Positions 1 to 8,200 are shown, counted from the stretch's first letter. The stretch: DNA of 43,621 nucleotides from an uncultured bacterium (GCA_964484905.1 CAZAGN010000006.1:1-43621), one strand, 5' to 3'. A program made the numbers and translations. Notes: a model not told the origin generated them from the sequence alone.

Positions 1-35
1 GCCCCCTCTACAGGAGCCCTTCTAGGTGATGCACT

Positions 36-1544
36 TCATTCTAGAATTGGCGGATTGTATGTGTCGATACACTTAAATTTGCCTCTAACTGAAAGCCAAG
101 TTGCCACTCGGTTAAATTTCAGGATACTGGCAACTGTCTCGGTGATTTGGGTAACGACATTTTTTATATCTCCCTGTGCTAAAGCTCTCTGCTTAGCCAA
201 ATTAGCAAGCACCTCTGTTTGTTGCTGCAGGCGCTCTGTGTTTTCTTGCGAGGCTTGTAAAAAAGTTTCAATTTGATCGGCCATACGATTAATGTTATTG
301 CCCAAAACCGACAGCTCATCTTGGCCACCGATACGAGTTCGTGCTTGAAGATTTCCCTGCCCGATTTGTTTGACTGCATTGGCAGCCTCGATCACAGGGC
401 GCGTAGCAGCCTTAGCTAAGTAAGCTCCTAAAAGAGCAGCCAGCAAAGCCGTGACCAAGGTACCCGCTGAGATGGCAATCAGGAGCTGATTTTGAGCAGC
501 AAAGGCAATGTCTGTAGGGGTGGATGTCACCACTCCCCAGTCTAATTGGGCTACTGGCCCCATCGGCGTGAAGGCATTGAGATTAGATTCATCTTCTGAG
601 ATCCAGCTGCGGGTGGTGGATAACTCCCGAATATCTTGATAGAGGGGGAGGGCGTCCACCACTGGGCTACCAACAGAAATCTCATTTGGATCCTGAAAGT
701 TCTGGAAGATATTGCCACTTGTGTCAACAAGCCGGTAGGTGGAGTCCTGATTGAGACCACCAGAACGCAGAACGTTGTTACCCAGGAAGTCAACCGGTAG
801 ACGAGCACTAATGACCCCAATTAATTGGCCTTGTGAACTTAGCACGGGGGCACCCAAGTAGATTGCAAAGGGATTTTGTGTATCAGACTGAAAAGAAGTA
901 GGCTCGCTGAGTGCAATCTGGCGTGTATTCACTACTCTTTGAAAGAAGGCTTGATTTTGTAGATTAGGCTCGGCTACAGCCCCCCGAGACTGAGTGATAA
1001 TTCGACCATTTGTATCTGATAAGATGATACTGTCAAAGACGAGATAATCCCGCACAAAGCTGGTGAACTGGTCTGCTAAAACTTGCCGCTCATTCTCAGC
1101 CAAACTAAATTGCTCGTCCGACAAAAAAGGTGTGGATAATGTTGCTAATGTGCTGATATTGGCAGAGCGCTCCACCATAAAACGAGTCAATTTATCAGCC
1201 AACTGAATTGTTTCTATTTCTTTGTTGCGAGCAACCTGTTGCGTGATCACCGGATCAGCTAGTGAAAAGGCAATGCTACCAACTCCTAGTACAGGTATGA
1301 CCCCCAGAAGAGTTGCAACAATAGTAGCTTTGGTTCTTAGATTGAACGAATTTAATCGAGGGCGAGACCCTGAGTCGTTACTCAGATTAGCAGCCGGGAT
1401 AGATACTTCAACAGGATGATTCTGTCCCACTGAGTTGGACAACTTGGCTTGATCATCGCTTTGAGTAGGGCTTGGAGATGGCTCAATTTTCGCGGATGAA
1501 TTTCTGGAAACCAGTATTGGATGTTCAGTAGACTTGGGTGACAT
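36..1544 (-). CDS. Methyl-accepting-chemotaxis-type receptor, N-terminal portion only (TM, Cache-like periplasmic domain, TM, HAMP, start of a GAF-like segment). No MA signalling domain before the stop.
   Basis: Two hydrophobic segments (ATIVATLLGVIPVLGVGSIAF and LLIAISAGTLVTALLAALLGAYL) flank a ~280 aa extracytoplasmic region. A HAMP-like segment follows (ATRPVIEAANAVKQIGQGNLQARTRIGGQDELSVLGNNINRMADQIE). The tail KFNRVATWLSVRGKFKCIDTY resembles the start of a cyanobacterial PixJ-type GAF domain. A TGA at 36-38 ends the ORF. Confidence 0.65.
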   Translation of the reverse strand: MSPKSTEHPILVSRNSSAKIEPSPSPTQSDDQAKLSNSVGQNHPVEVSIPAANLSNDSGSRPRLNSFNLRTKATIVATLLGVIPVLGVGSIAFSLADPVITQQVARNKEIETIQLADKLTRFMVERSANISTLATLSTPFLSDEQFSLAENERQVLADQFTSFVRDYLVFDSIILSDTNGRIITQSRGAVAEPNLQNQAFFQRVVNTRQIALSEPTSFQSDTQNPFAIYLGAPVLSSQGQLIGVISARLPVDFLGNNVLRSGGLNQDSTYRLVDTSGNIFQNFQDPNEISVGSPVVDALPLYQDIRELSTTRSWISEDESNLNAFTPMGPVAQLDWGVVTSTPTDIAFAAQNQLLIAISAGTLVTALLAALLGAYLAKAATRPVIEAANAVKQIGQGNLQARTRIGGQDELSVLGNNINRMADQIETFLQASQENTERLQQQTEVLANLAKQRALAQGDIKNVVTQITETVASILKFNRVATWLSVRGKFKCIDTYNPPILE

Positions 1545-1633
1545 AACAGGGATCCCTTAAAATCATTACTCAGGCTCAAATCAACTCATCAAAATTTGAT
1601 GCAGACAGCTAGATTAAACATCAGTCAAAACAG

Positions 1634-2737
1634 CTAAATCCGACCGGCAACAAAGCTAAAAAAGCTCAATTCATTGACGCGATTCCAACGGTAGATTTCT
1701 TCCCGAAAGACCTTCCACTGGGTATAGATTTCTCGAAAGGTGGCATCGGCCGCAGCCTGTTCTTCATAGAACTCAAAGGCAACCCGCTCTGCTTCTTCGA
1801 GAAGATCGTTGGGAAAGGGCACTAGCTTTGTTCCACCCTCAACAAGTCGCTGTAGGGCCAGGCGATTTGCCGCATCATATCCAGCGTGAACCAGCATGTA
1901 GGACTCGTAGGCTGCTGTACTGATCGCCTGCTGATATTCAGAGGGCAGCCGTTGCCAAGCGGACAAGTTGACTTGGACTTCAAATGTTGTTCCTGGCTCC
2001 CACCAGCCGGGATAGTGGTAGACATCCGCCACTGTATTGAGGCCCAATTGCTCGTCGTCATAAGGGCCAATCCACTCCACCCCCTCAATGGCTCCCCGCT
2101 GCATCGCCACCAACAACTCTGACGCGGGGAAAGATTGAATATCAGCACCGAGCCGCCTCATAACTTCGGCCCCGAGGCCAGTCATTCGTATTTTTAGGCC
2201 CTGCAAATCAGCGAGGTTGGTGATCTCACGGGCGAACCAGCCTCCCATCTGAGCACCAGAGTTGCCTGCCGGAAAGTTAATGATATTGAACTCGGCATAT
2301 AGTTTCCGCAGGAGTTCAAGTCCTCCGCCCGCAAAAAGCCAACTGTTTTGTTGTGAAGCAGTTAAGCCGAAGGGAACTGATGTCGAGAAAGCAAAGGCAG
2401 GATTTTTGTCTGTGTAGTAAAACCCGACTGTGTGACCACATTCAACGGATCCGGATTGGACGGCATCTAAAACCTGCAAACCCGGAGCGAGCTCACCACT
2501 GGGAAAGGGTATAATGGTAAACCGCCCACCCGTCAAGCCACTGACCCGCTGACAAAAAGTTTCGGCGCCTCCGTAGATAATGTCCAAAGACGTAGGCCAA
2601 CTGGTTGCCATCCGCCACTGGATGGTTGGTCTTTCAACCTGCTGAGTGGAAGGAGTTAGAATTCTGGCTCTAGAGCAGCCCGCCAGGGTTGCAGCGCCTG
2701 TTAACATTCCAGCTCGGATTAAGCGTCGTCTGTCCAT
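1634..2737 (-). CDS. TRAP-type (DctP-family, COG4663-like) periplasmic solute-binding protein with a Tat/lipoprotein-type signal. No DctQ/DctM partner is present.
   Basis: N-terminus MDRRRLIRAGMLTGAATLAGCS has a twin-Arg motif and an LAGC lipobox. WRMATSWPTSLDIIYGGAETF...GRFTIIPFPSGELAPGLQVLDAVQSGSVECGHT matches my recollection of TRAP SBPs. No membrane-component ORFs lie nearby. Confidence 0.75.
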   Translation of the reverse strand: MDRRRLIRAGMLTGAATLAGCSRARILTPSTQQVERPTIQWRMATSWPTSLDIIYGGAETFCQRVSGLTGGRFTIIPFPSGELAPGLQVLDAVQSGSVECGHTVGFYYTDKNPAFAFSTSVPFGLTASQQNSWLFAGGGLELLRKLYAEFNIINFPAGNSGAQMGGWFAREITNLADLQGLKIRMTGLGAEVMRRLGADIQSFPASELLVAMQRGAIEGVEWIGPYDDEQLGLNTVADVYHYPGWWEPGTTFEVQVNLSAWQRLPSEYQQAISTAAYESYMLVHAGYDAANRLALQRLVEGGTKLVPFPNDLLEEAERVAFEFYEEQAAADATFREIYTQWKVFREEIYRWNRVNELSFFSFVAGRI

Positions 2738-2816
2738 GGATATTTCTCCTAATGTTTAGACTAGACTCTGTCGGTTCAAAAGCCAACTATCAGAGGCAGA
2801 ATCATGGCCCACGGTT

Positions 2817-3269
2817 TTACTTGGAAGCAATCGAGTCAGCATTGTTGAAAAATGTCTCTAGCTTAACTGGGTCTAGCACATCACATCCTTGCCAAGAACC
2901 CAGCAAAAGAGGATTAAGTTTAGCAATGGCATGATCAATCTGTTGACTGATAACTTTTTGAATTTGGCCTACCTGATGCGCCATTAGACCTAGAGGTCGA
3001 TCCCCAAAATTTAGGATCACAGCACTGTAATTAGGCTGGGGATTACGATAGAGAGGAGCACGACCCAGCAAGAGATTAATATCAAGGAGCCAGACGACCT
3101 CTCCACGCCAATTACAAATGCCCACCACTGAATCTGGCATGCCTGGCATGGGCACCACCATAGTAAGGGGCAATATTTCCGCCAAGCTCTCGAGAGGGAG
3201 CAGAATTGTTGGGTCACTCCCGCAGTGTAAGGCGAGATAAGATAAGGTCGTTTGAGTATCTGTAACCAT
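2817..3269 (-). CDS. cheW: CheW-like coupling protein (PixI/PilI type)
   Basis: 150 aa. Contains the typical CheW core (IAGVINLRGEVV-like: VVGICNWRGEVVWLLDINLLLG). Its start overlaps the stop of the upstream CheY-like gene. Confidence 0.8.
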   Translation of the reverse strand: MVTDTQTTLSYLALHCGSDPTILLPLESLAEILPLTMVVPMPGMPDSVVGICNWRGEVVWLLDINLLLGRAPLYRNPQPNYSAVILNFGDRPLGLMAHQVGQIQKVISQQIDHAIAKLNPLLLGSWQGCDVLDPVKLETFFNNADSIASK

Positions 3270-3646
3270 TACGGTGTAATCCCCATTACTGATTGCACTG
3301 TGCGGGTCAATTCTTCTTGGTCAATGGGCTTCGTCACATAAGCGTTGGCTCCCTGTTTCTTGGCCCAGAATTTGTCAATGTCACCATCCTTGGTAGAACA
3401 AATAATGATTGGAATGTCAGCGGTTGTCGGCGTCTTGCGAAGCTCTCGGCATAGCTCAAAACCACTTTCACCCGGCAGCACGACATCCAGCACAATTGCA
3501 TCGGGAATCTGATGCTGAAGTTGGAGACGAGCTGCCTCACTGCTGCTTACCACTAGAGGAAGAAAGCCACCCCTTTTTAGACAGCTGCTAATAATGTTAG
3601 CTTCAGTTGGACTGTCTTCAACAATTAGAACAGTTTTCATGGTCAA
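3269..3646 (-). CDS. cheY: Single-domain CheY-like response regulator (PixH/PilH type)
   Basis: REC signature: VLIVEDSPTE, phospho-acceptor context AIVLDVVLPGESGFELC, IPIIICSTK, and YVTKP with the conserved Lys. Confidence 0.85.
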   Translation of the reverse strand: MTMKTVLIVEDSPTEANIISSCLKRGGFLPLVVSSSEAARLQLQHQIPDAIVLDVVLPGESGFELCRELRKTPTTADIPIIICSTKDGDIDKFWAKKQGANAYVTKPIDQEELTRTVQSVMGITP

Positions 3647-3711
3647 GCCTACTTTCTTGAGAATATGTGTCTAAGTTGATGGCTGAAGTGTATTCCTGAA
3701 TGCTTATACTC

Positions 3712-4830
3712 CTAGGTTGGGAAGGGTAGGTATTTACTGATAACCTCGGTCACTTTGAGCCTGTCCGGTGGCTTAGCCAAGAATTCAGTCGCACCAACAA
3801 GCCGAGCCCTGACACGATCTACAATTCCATCTTGGCCCGTCAGGATGATGATAGGTATTTCTTTGAATAAACTGGTTTTGCGAAGAGAGGCACACAATTC
3901 ATAACCGTTTGTATGTGGCATCAACAGGTCTAAAAATATTAATTCAGGTTTGTGCCTAACCATGACCGAGACTGCCTTGAGTGGATCCTCGACCGTTATC
4001 ACCTTGTAATTAGGTAACAAATTTTTCATAACATGTCCCATTGTAGGGCTGTCATCAATACAAACAACACAGGGAGGTTGTGGCTTGGATGGCACCGCCG
4101 GAGCTTCAAGGCGCCAATTGTCTGGTAAGGGCAGGTCAGCCGCTGAAACGGGCTCTAGCCAGCCTTGACTGACAAAGGATTCGAGGGAGCGACTTAGCAT
4201 GGCAACTGGGCGTTCCATCCGCAGTGCTATTTGGTAAAGAGAGGACTTTCCATCAATTGTTCGGCTCAAAGCCTGAAAAACATTTGGAGATACGCGTTGC
4301 TCAAACTGGTCAGGCTTAGCGAGCCTGAGAACCAGTTCAGGCTCCAAGGGCATCTGTGGTAAGGTTTGTATCTGATTCAGTATTTGTTCAGTAGAAAATA
4401 GATAAATTTGACGATTTAGTATCTTGCTATCACTCCATGTCAATGTGATAGGTTTTGACTTAATTATGCCTACGAAGCACTCGTTCAATGTGGCCTGGCT
4501 CAACTGACGAACTTGGTCAACGGTGATTCGCCCACGGTCTATAGCTTGACCAAGCAAATCGTATTCCCATGGTTCGCTGCGAATCTGAAAATCTTGCAGC
4601 TCTTGCCAGCTGAGCTGAGGGCAGTATTGATGCCACAATCGCTGCCAGCGGCGAACCCTCGGTTCACTAACCCCAAACAGCAAGCGTCCCATGAAAAAGT
4701 GCAGTCGCCATTGGGTGCCAATTGCTATGACCAAGAGCTCCCCACTGAATCTTTTTTGGCAGTTTAAGCGAATTTCTTCAACAAAAGTCTTTGTACTGAT
4801 ATTTGAAGCTACCTCTGGCAACTTGGTCAT
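3712..4830 (-). CDS. PatA-type response regulator (N-terminal PATAN domain plus C-terminal REC; PixG/PilG type)
   Basis: C-terminal REC: VVCIDDSPTMGHVM...LIFLDLLMPHTNGYELC...IPIIILTGQDG...FLAKP. It follows a ~250 aa PATAN-like N-terminal domain. The likely start is the ATG at 4828-4830, preceded by GAGGGA. The track ORF extends to a TTG at 4854. Confidence 0.8.
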   Translation of the reverse strand: MTKLPEVASNISTKTFVEEIRLNCQKRFSGELLVIAIGTQWRLHFFMGRLLFGVSEPRVRRWQRLWHQYCPQLSWQELQDFQIRSEPWEYDLLGQAIDRGRITVDQVRQLSQATLNECFVGIIKSKPITLTWSDSKILNRQIYLFSTEQILNQIQTLPQMPLEPELVLRLAKPDQFEQRVSPNVFQALSRTIDGKSSLYQIALRMERPVAMLSRSLESFVSQGWLEPVSAADLPLPDNWRLEAPAVPSKPQPPCVVCIDDSPTMGHVMKNLLPNYKVITVEDPLKAVSVMVRHKPELIFLDLLMPHTNGYELCASLRKTSLFKEIPIIILTGQDGIVDRVRARLVGATEFLAKPPDRLKVTEVISKYLPFPT

Positions 4831-5173
4831 AGAGTTTCCCTCATGTGAACCCAAACAGGTAGAGCACTTTAGTTTTCTATCTTAAGACAAATATACATTG
4901 CTTAATGATTACGTTGATGTATGCCAAGATACATGTGCGGCAAAATCTGGTAAAGCTCGAAAGAACGTGGCAGCCTGAAGCGTTAGGTCTCAAATTAGAT
5001 AGTTGTCGATGTGATTGTCGAAAATTTCTGACAAGAATAGGGTTGTACATGCCAGATGGGATAGCTGTTTGCACCGCTATGAGAGCTATTTCACAAAGGG
5101 AATCTGAAGACGTGAAGGGAGTTAGCGGCAAGTGGGGGTATAGAATTGCGAGTCGAAGTCGGAGAGAGAGGAA

Positions 5174-5605
5174 ATGAGCCGCTTACCCACAGTTGCAAAT
5201 AGCCACCGCAAAGCCTATCCTAGCGACCTGAGTGATGCGGAGCGGGAGCGAATCAAAGACCTCCTGCCCCAGCCCAAAGGCTTTGGCCATCCGGTAAGCG
5301 CCGACTTTCGTGAGATTCTCAATGATATTTTCTACGTGCAGCGAACAGGCTGTCAGTGGGAGATGATGCCCCATGACTTGCCGCCATACACAACGGTGTA
5401 TCACTACCTACGTAAATGGCAACGACAGGGAGTCTGGCAGCAGATGTACGCTCAGTTACGAAGCTCTGTACGGCAGCGTCAAGGTCGAGAAGCTGACGCC
5501 AGCGTGGCAATCCTTGACTCTCAGTCGGTGAAGACGACAGAAAAAAGGGGGAGGTTTACGGCTGTGACGGTGGCAAAAAAGTTAAAGGCCGTAAGCGGCA
5601 TGTAG
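5174..5605 (+). CDS. IS5-family transposase, OrfA (N-terminal part, upstream of the frameshift)
   Basis: YPSDLSDAERERIKDLLP...GRP-like...YVQRTGCQWEMMPHDLPPYTTVYHYLRKWQRQGVW is the typical IS5/DUF4096 N-terminal domain. ILDSQSVKTTEK carries the first DDE Asp. Confidence 0.85.
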   Translation: MSRLPTVANSHRKAYPSDLSDAERERIKDLLPQPKGFGHPVSADFREILNDIFYVQRTGCQWEMMPHDLPPYTTVYHYLRKWQRQGVWQQMYAQLRSSVRQRQGREADASVAILDSQSVKTTEKRGRFTAVTVAKKLKAVSGM

Positions 5606-5994
5606 TGGTCGATTCCCAAGGACTACTGCTAGGCGTATTCGTGAGTGAAGCGAATGCATCTGAACGTTTAGGTGCGGTTGTTCTGTTAGCTGAGCTAAAG
5701 CAGCAAGCCCAGTTGAGACGTGTGAAGGTTATTTGGGTTGACCAAGGCTACAGTGGCACTCGCTTCGCTGAGCAAGTGAGACAGATTTGTGGTGAGCACG
5801 TCCGTGTAAAGGTCATTCAGCGTCAATCGCCCGTATTTGAGCTCATGCACAAGCGATGGATTGTTGAGCGTACCTTTGGCTGGCTTAATCGGTTTCGGCG
5901 TTTGAGCAAAGACTATGAACTCTATCCCGAGACAAGTGAAGTGATGATTTATGGTGCTCTCTTTCACCTTCTCCTCAGACGACTCGCTCTTTAA
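5605..5994 (+). CDS. IS5-family transposase, OrfB (DDE catalytic part). Probably expressed as an OrfAB fusion by a -1 frameshift at the A6G run at 5541-5547.
   Basis: The -1 frame is open from 5518. It reads ...KKGEVYGCDGGKKVKGRKRHVVVDSQGLLL, which restores the conserved IS5 motif G(Y)D(G)GKKVKGRKRH. VWVDQGY and RWIVERTFGWLNRFRRLSKDYE supply the second Asp and the Glu. Confidence 0.85.
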   Translation: MVDSQGLLLGVFVSEANASERLGAVVLLAELKQQAQLRRVKVIWVDQGYSGTRFAEQVRQICGEHVRVKVIQRQSPVFELMHKRWIVERTFGWLNRFRRLSKDYELYPETSEVMIYGALFHLLLRRLAL

Positions 5995-6039
5995 CTTTTA
6001 CTTTATAAATCAGCTCTTAAGGAGTCTCTTATGCGAGGC

Positions 6040-6372
6040 TCAAACCAAGCCATTGAACCTGCCTAGGTCTTTGGCGTCTGCATACAGAGTCCAAGCCTCG
6101 GTACGGATGAATAGTCCTATCCCGTCTGTGGTGAACTGGGTTAACCCCGAGGGGGTTTCTACGATGTGTGTAGCTGGTATGGCTTCCAAAGCCTTGTGAA
6201 AGTAATCTGCTAGCAGTTTCTTGGGCACCCACAGATTCTTTCCTGTGGAGCTAATTGCATGTAAGTCGTCGGGGTAGTGGTTCACGGTTCTGAGTGCTTC
6301 ATTTTGATCGCCCTTGGGGTCGGGCAAAGTTCTAAACGAGAGCAGTAGCATTCCAAAATCAACAGGATTCAT
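6040..6372 (-). CDS. Hypothetical protein (110 aa). No family recognised.
   Basis: ORF only. It sits downstream of, and on the same strand as, 6436..6759, and its stop lies ~20 nt from the IS right end. Confidence 0.35.
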   Translation of the reverse strand: MNPVDFGMLLLSFRTLPDPKGDQNEALRTVNHYPDDLHAISSTGKNLWVPKKLLADYFHKALEAIPATHIVETPSGLTQFTTDGIGLFIRTEAWTLYADAKDLGRFNGLV

Positions 6373-6435
6373 TTCAATAACTCCAAAGGGGAAAGATACC
6401 CGCTGCCAGTTTCCTAGCGGCGGGTGTGGGTAGTC

Positions 6436-6759
6436 CTAGCGCGTTGCTTCGGTGACGACATCACTCACAAGCAGGTTGATGCTCGTGGCCACCTCCGAAA
6501 ACAGACGGGTGGGATTGGCAGTAGTGGTGATGGTGTTACGGGTGCTGATGGCCTGGGCTTTGGTGGCTTGGGCAAGTTGAACCGCTGCTTCGACTGTGGC
6601 ATTCAGACGGCGGCGGGTGAGCACACCAGCTCGGTAGACGGCGATCAAGATCCGTTTCCAGTCAATAGACGCGATGCATTGAATGGCGTTAACTAATGCC
6701 ATAACGAAAAGCACTAAGGATGCTGCGAGCAAGGTGTGGGCTTTGAAGTTAGGTTGCAT
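6436..6759 (-). CDS. Hypothetical small membrane-anchored protein (107 aa)
   Basis: N-terminal hydrophobic helix (HTLLAASLVLFVMALVNAI), then an Ala/Thr-rich, probably helical region. No family recognised. Confidence 0.35.
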   Translation of the reverse strand: MQPNFKAHTLLAASLVLFVMALVNAIQCIASIDWKRILIAVYRAGVLTRRRLNATVEAAVQLAQATKAQAISTRNTITTTANPTRLFSEVATSINLLVSDVVTEATR

Positions 6760-7168
6760 TGTGTTTATCTCCGTGATTGTGGGTGGCGATGCGAGATGTG
6801 CAAGAGTGGGTGCCCTAGCGCTAGCAACTAGGGCTGTAGGCGGTAGCAGATTTGTTTCTAGGAGCGATGCCAGCGCCCCTATGGATTAGAGAAAGGTTGG
6901 CAGTACGGTTGCCAGCGGGCTAATTACGCAGCCACGCGCCCCTATTTGCAGTTGGAGTTCTGTTGGGTGGGGTTCCGCATCCCCGCGCTGGTATCGGTGC
7001 GACCGAGTGTTTTAGACCCTTGCGAGGTCTGCCCTTAAGGGGCAAGCTTGCGAGTTAGCCGTTGGCATGGATCCCGCACGACCATCAGCGCTAATGGCCA
7101 CTTAAAAGGGGTGCCGTTTGGGTTGACTTTCGGGCTTGCGGTCGGCGTCCGTTTCCCATGCCTTACTA

Positions 7169-7243
7169 TAGCGTAAACTTTTTAACGGTGTCAAGACATT
7201 AGCGTAAAAAATCTGCGATAGTGGATACATGTGTTTAGCGAAT
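7169..7243 (+). promoter_or_regulatory. Three direct copies of TAGCG(T)AA(A/T) just upstream of, and overlapping, the XRE gene start. Candidate operator set.
   Basis: TAGCGTAAA at 7169-7177 and 7200-7208. TAGCGAAT at 7236-7243. A TTGACT -35-like hexamer lies upstream (~7123). Confidence 0.4.
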
Positions 7244-7246
7244 CCC

Positions 7247-7447
7247 ATGAGCAAGATAGAGCAACTAAGGCAAAGCGCAGGACTTACACAGCGCCAGCTT
7301 GCTGACGCTGTGAACGTGACCGAGAGCACGATCAGGAACTGGGAGCATGATCGCAACGGCACCGTGATGGTCGAAAAGGTTTACCGACTTTGCAAGGCGC
7401 TTAACTGTTCCCTTGAGGATCTGGTGGCAGGGGAATCAGAGGACTGA
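7247..7447 (+). CDS. XRE-family (Cro/CI-type) helix-turn-helix transcriptional regulator
   Basis: MSKIEQLRQSAGLTQRQLADAVNVTESTIRNWEHDRNG...VYRLCKALNCSLEDLV is a textbook HTH_3 pattern. The track ORF starts at 7229, but the ATG at 7247 is more typical. Confidence 0.85.
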   Translation: MSKIEQLRQSAGLTQRQLADAVNVTESTIRNWEHDRNGTVMVEKVYRLCKALNCSLEDLVAGESED

Positions 7448-7708
7448 TCTCATTGAATTTGATTTTGGTTCAACGAGTTAAACATTCTGTGATGTGAATC
7501 TAGTTTTCGGTTCGGCAGATAGTTATTTTTGTGCAAAGCCATTAGGCTCAAACCCAGTCAGGGTATGGAATTGAGGGGTTATTTTTTTTGCGAATCTGGC
7601 TAACCCTTATCACCGTGAATGGCTCTAACCCCTTACATGGCCCCGACTCTACAGCGGGTCGCAATGTCAGCGATCTACAATTTGATCATCCGATGAGGTA
7701 CTTACTAA

Positions 7709-7891
7709 ATGCCGACTAAAGCGAAACACTTCCGCCGCCGCCGACCCCACTCAATTTATCTTTTAGATAGGCATTCAGCCGTACTCAGAAGCATTGCCGA
7801 CGAACGATCCATGTCTCTGTCGCAGACAGTTGAGACGCTTCTTTTGCCGTTCCTTGAGCGACAACCTGAGTATTTGGATCAGATCAAATAG
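7709..7891 (+). CDS. Small basic protein (60 aa), possibly a ribbon-helix-helix (CopG/Arc-like) DNA-binding protein
   Basis: A basic N-terminus (KAKHFRRRRPHSIYL) is followed by helices (HSAVLRSIADERSMSLSQTVETLLLPFLE), which fits a strand-helix-helix layout. It lies directly upstream of the primase-helicase. Confidence 0.5.
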   Translation: MPTKAKHFRRRRPHSIYLLDRHSAVLRSIADERSMSLSQTVETLLLPFLERQPEYLDQIK

Positions 7892-7900
7892 AGCAAAAAT

Positions 7901-7968
7901 TTCCCCCCAACTCGGCAAAGTCAGGGGGGGTATCGGAACTAAAGCCGATTGTTTTTGTTTTGTGTTTT
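7901..7968 (+). terminator. Hairpins followed by a T-rich tract; possible attenuator or terminator between the RHH gene and the primase-helicase
   Basis: A C6 (7903-7908) / G7 (7924-7930) hairpin, then ATCGG(7932-7936)...CCGAT(7945-7949), then TGTTTTTGTTTTGTGTTTT. Confidence 0.35.
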
Positions 7969-8200
7969 CAGTCTTCCGACTGGTTCCCCCCGTTATTAAG
8001 CAGAGGTCACTCTTTGAGTTTACATCAAAATCCTATAGCGTTTAAGGCACCCACCGCTGGGTTTACGCGATTCTCAAATTCCAAAGTTCCTACACCCATT
8101 TTTGACAGAGTGCCGTATGACTGTCGGAAATGCCCCAATGAAAAAGTCAGTCTTTGCAAGACGCAGTGCTTCGCTTGCCTTGATGTGGAGGGCAACGAAG

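Larger units (their letters stand above)
5081..6018 (+). mobile_element. IS5-family insertion sequence (IS427/IS1031-like two-ORF organisation), ~0.94 kb. Ends are approximate.
   Basis: Imperfect terminal inverted repeats: GAGAGCTATTTCACAAAG (5081-5098) against the reverse complement of CTTTATAAATCAGCTCTT (6001-6018). They enclose the two transposase ORFs. The target-site duplication could not be resolved. Confidence 0.6.

Noticed and set aside
4877-5177. ORFs 4877..5131(-) and 4905..5177(+) upstream of the taxis operon
   Set aside because: They span the IS left inverted repeat and the operon promoter region, are AT-rich, and have no motif. When read through an IS-excised junction, they give no continuation of the 6040..6372 ORF.
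7102-7362. 86-aa minus-strand ORF
   Set aside because: It lies antisense to the well-supported XRE gene and its promoter. It is Cys/Ser/Leu-rich with no motif, so it is probably spurious.
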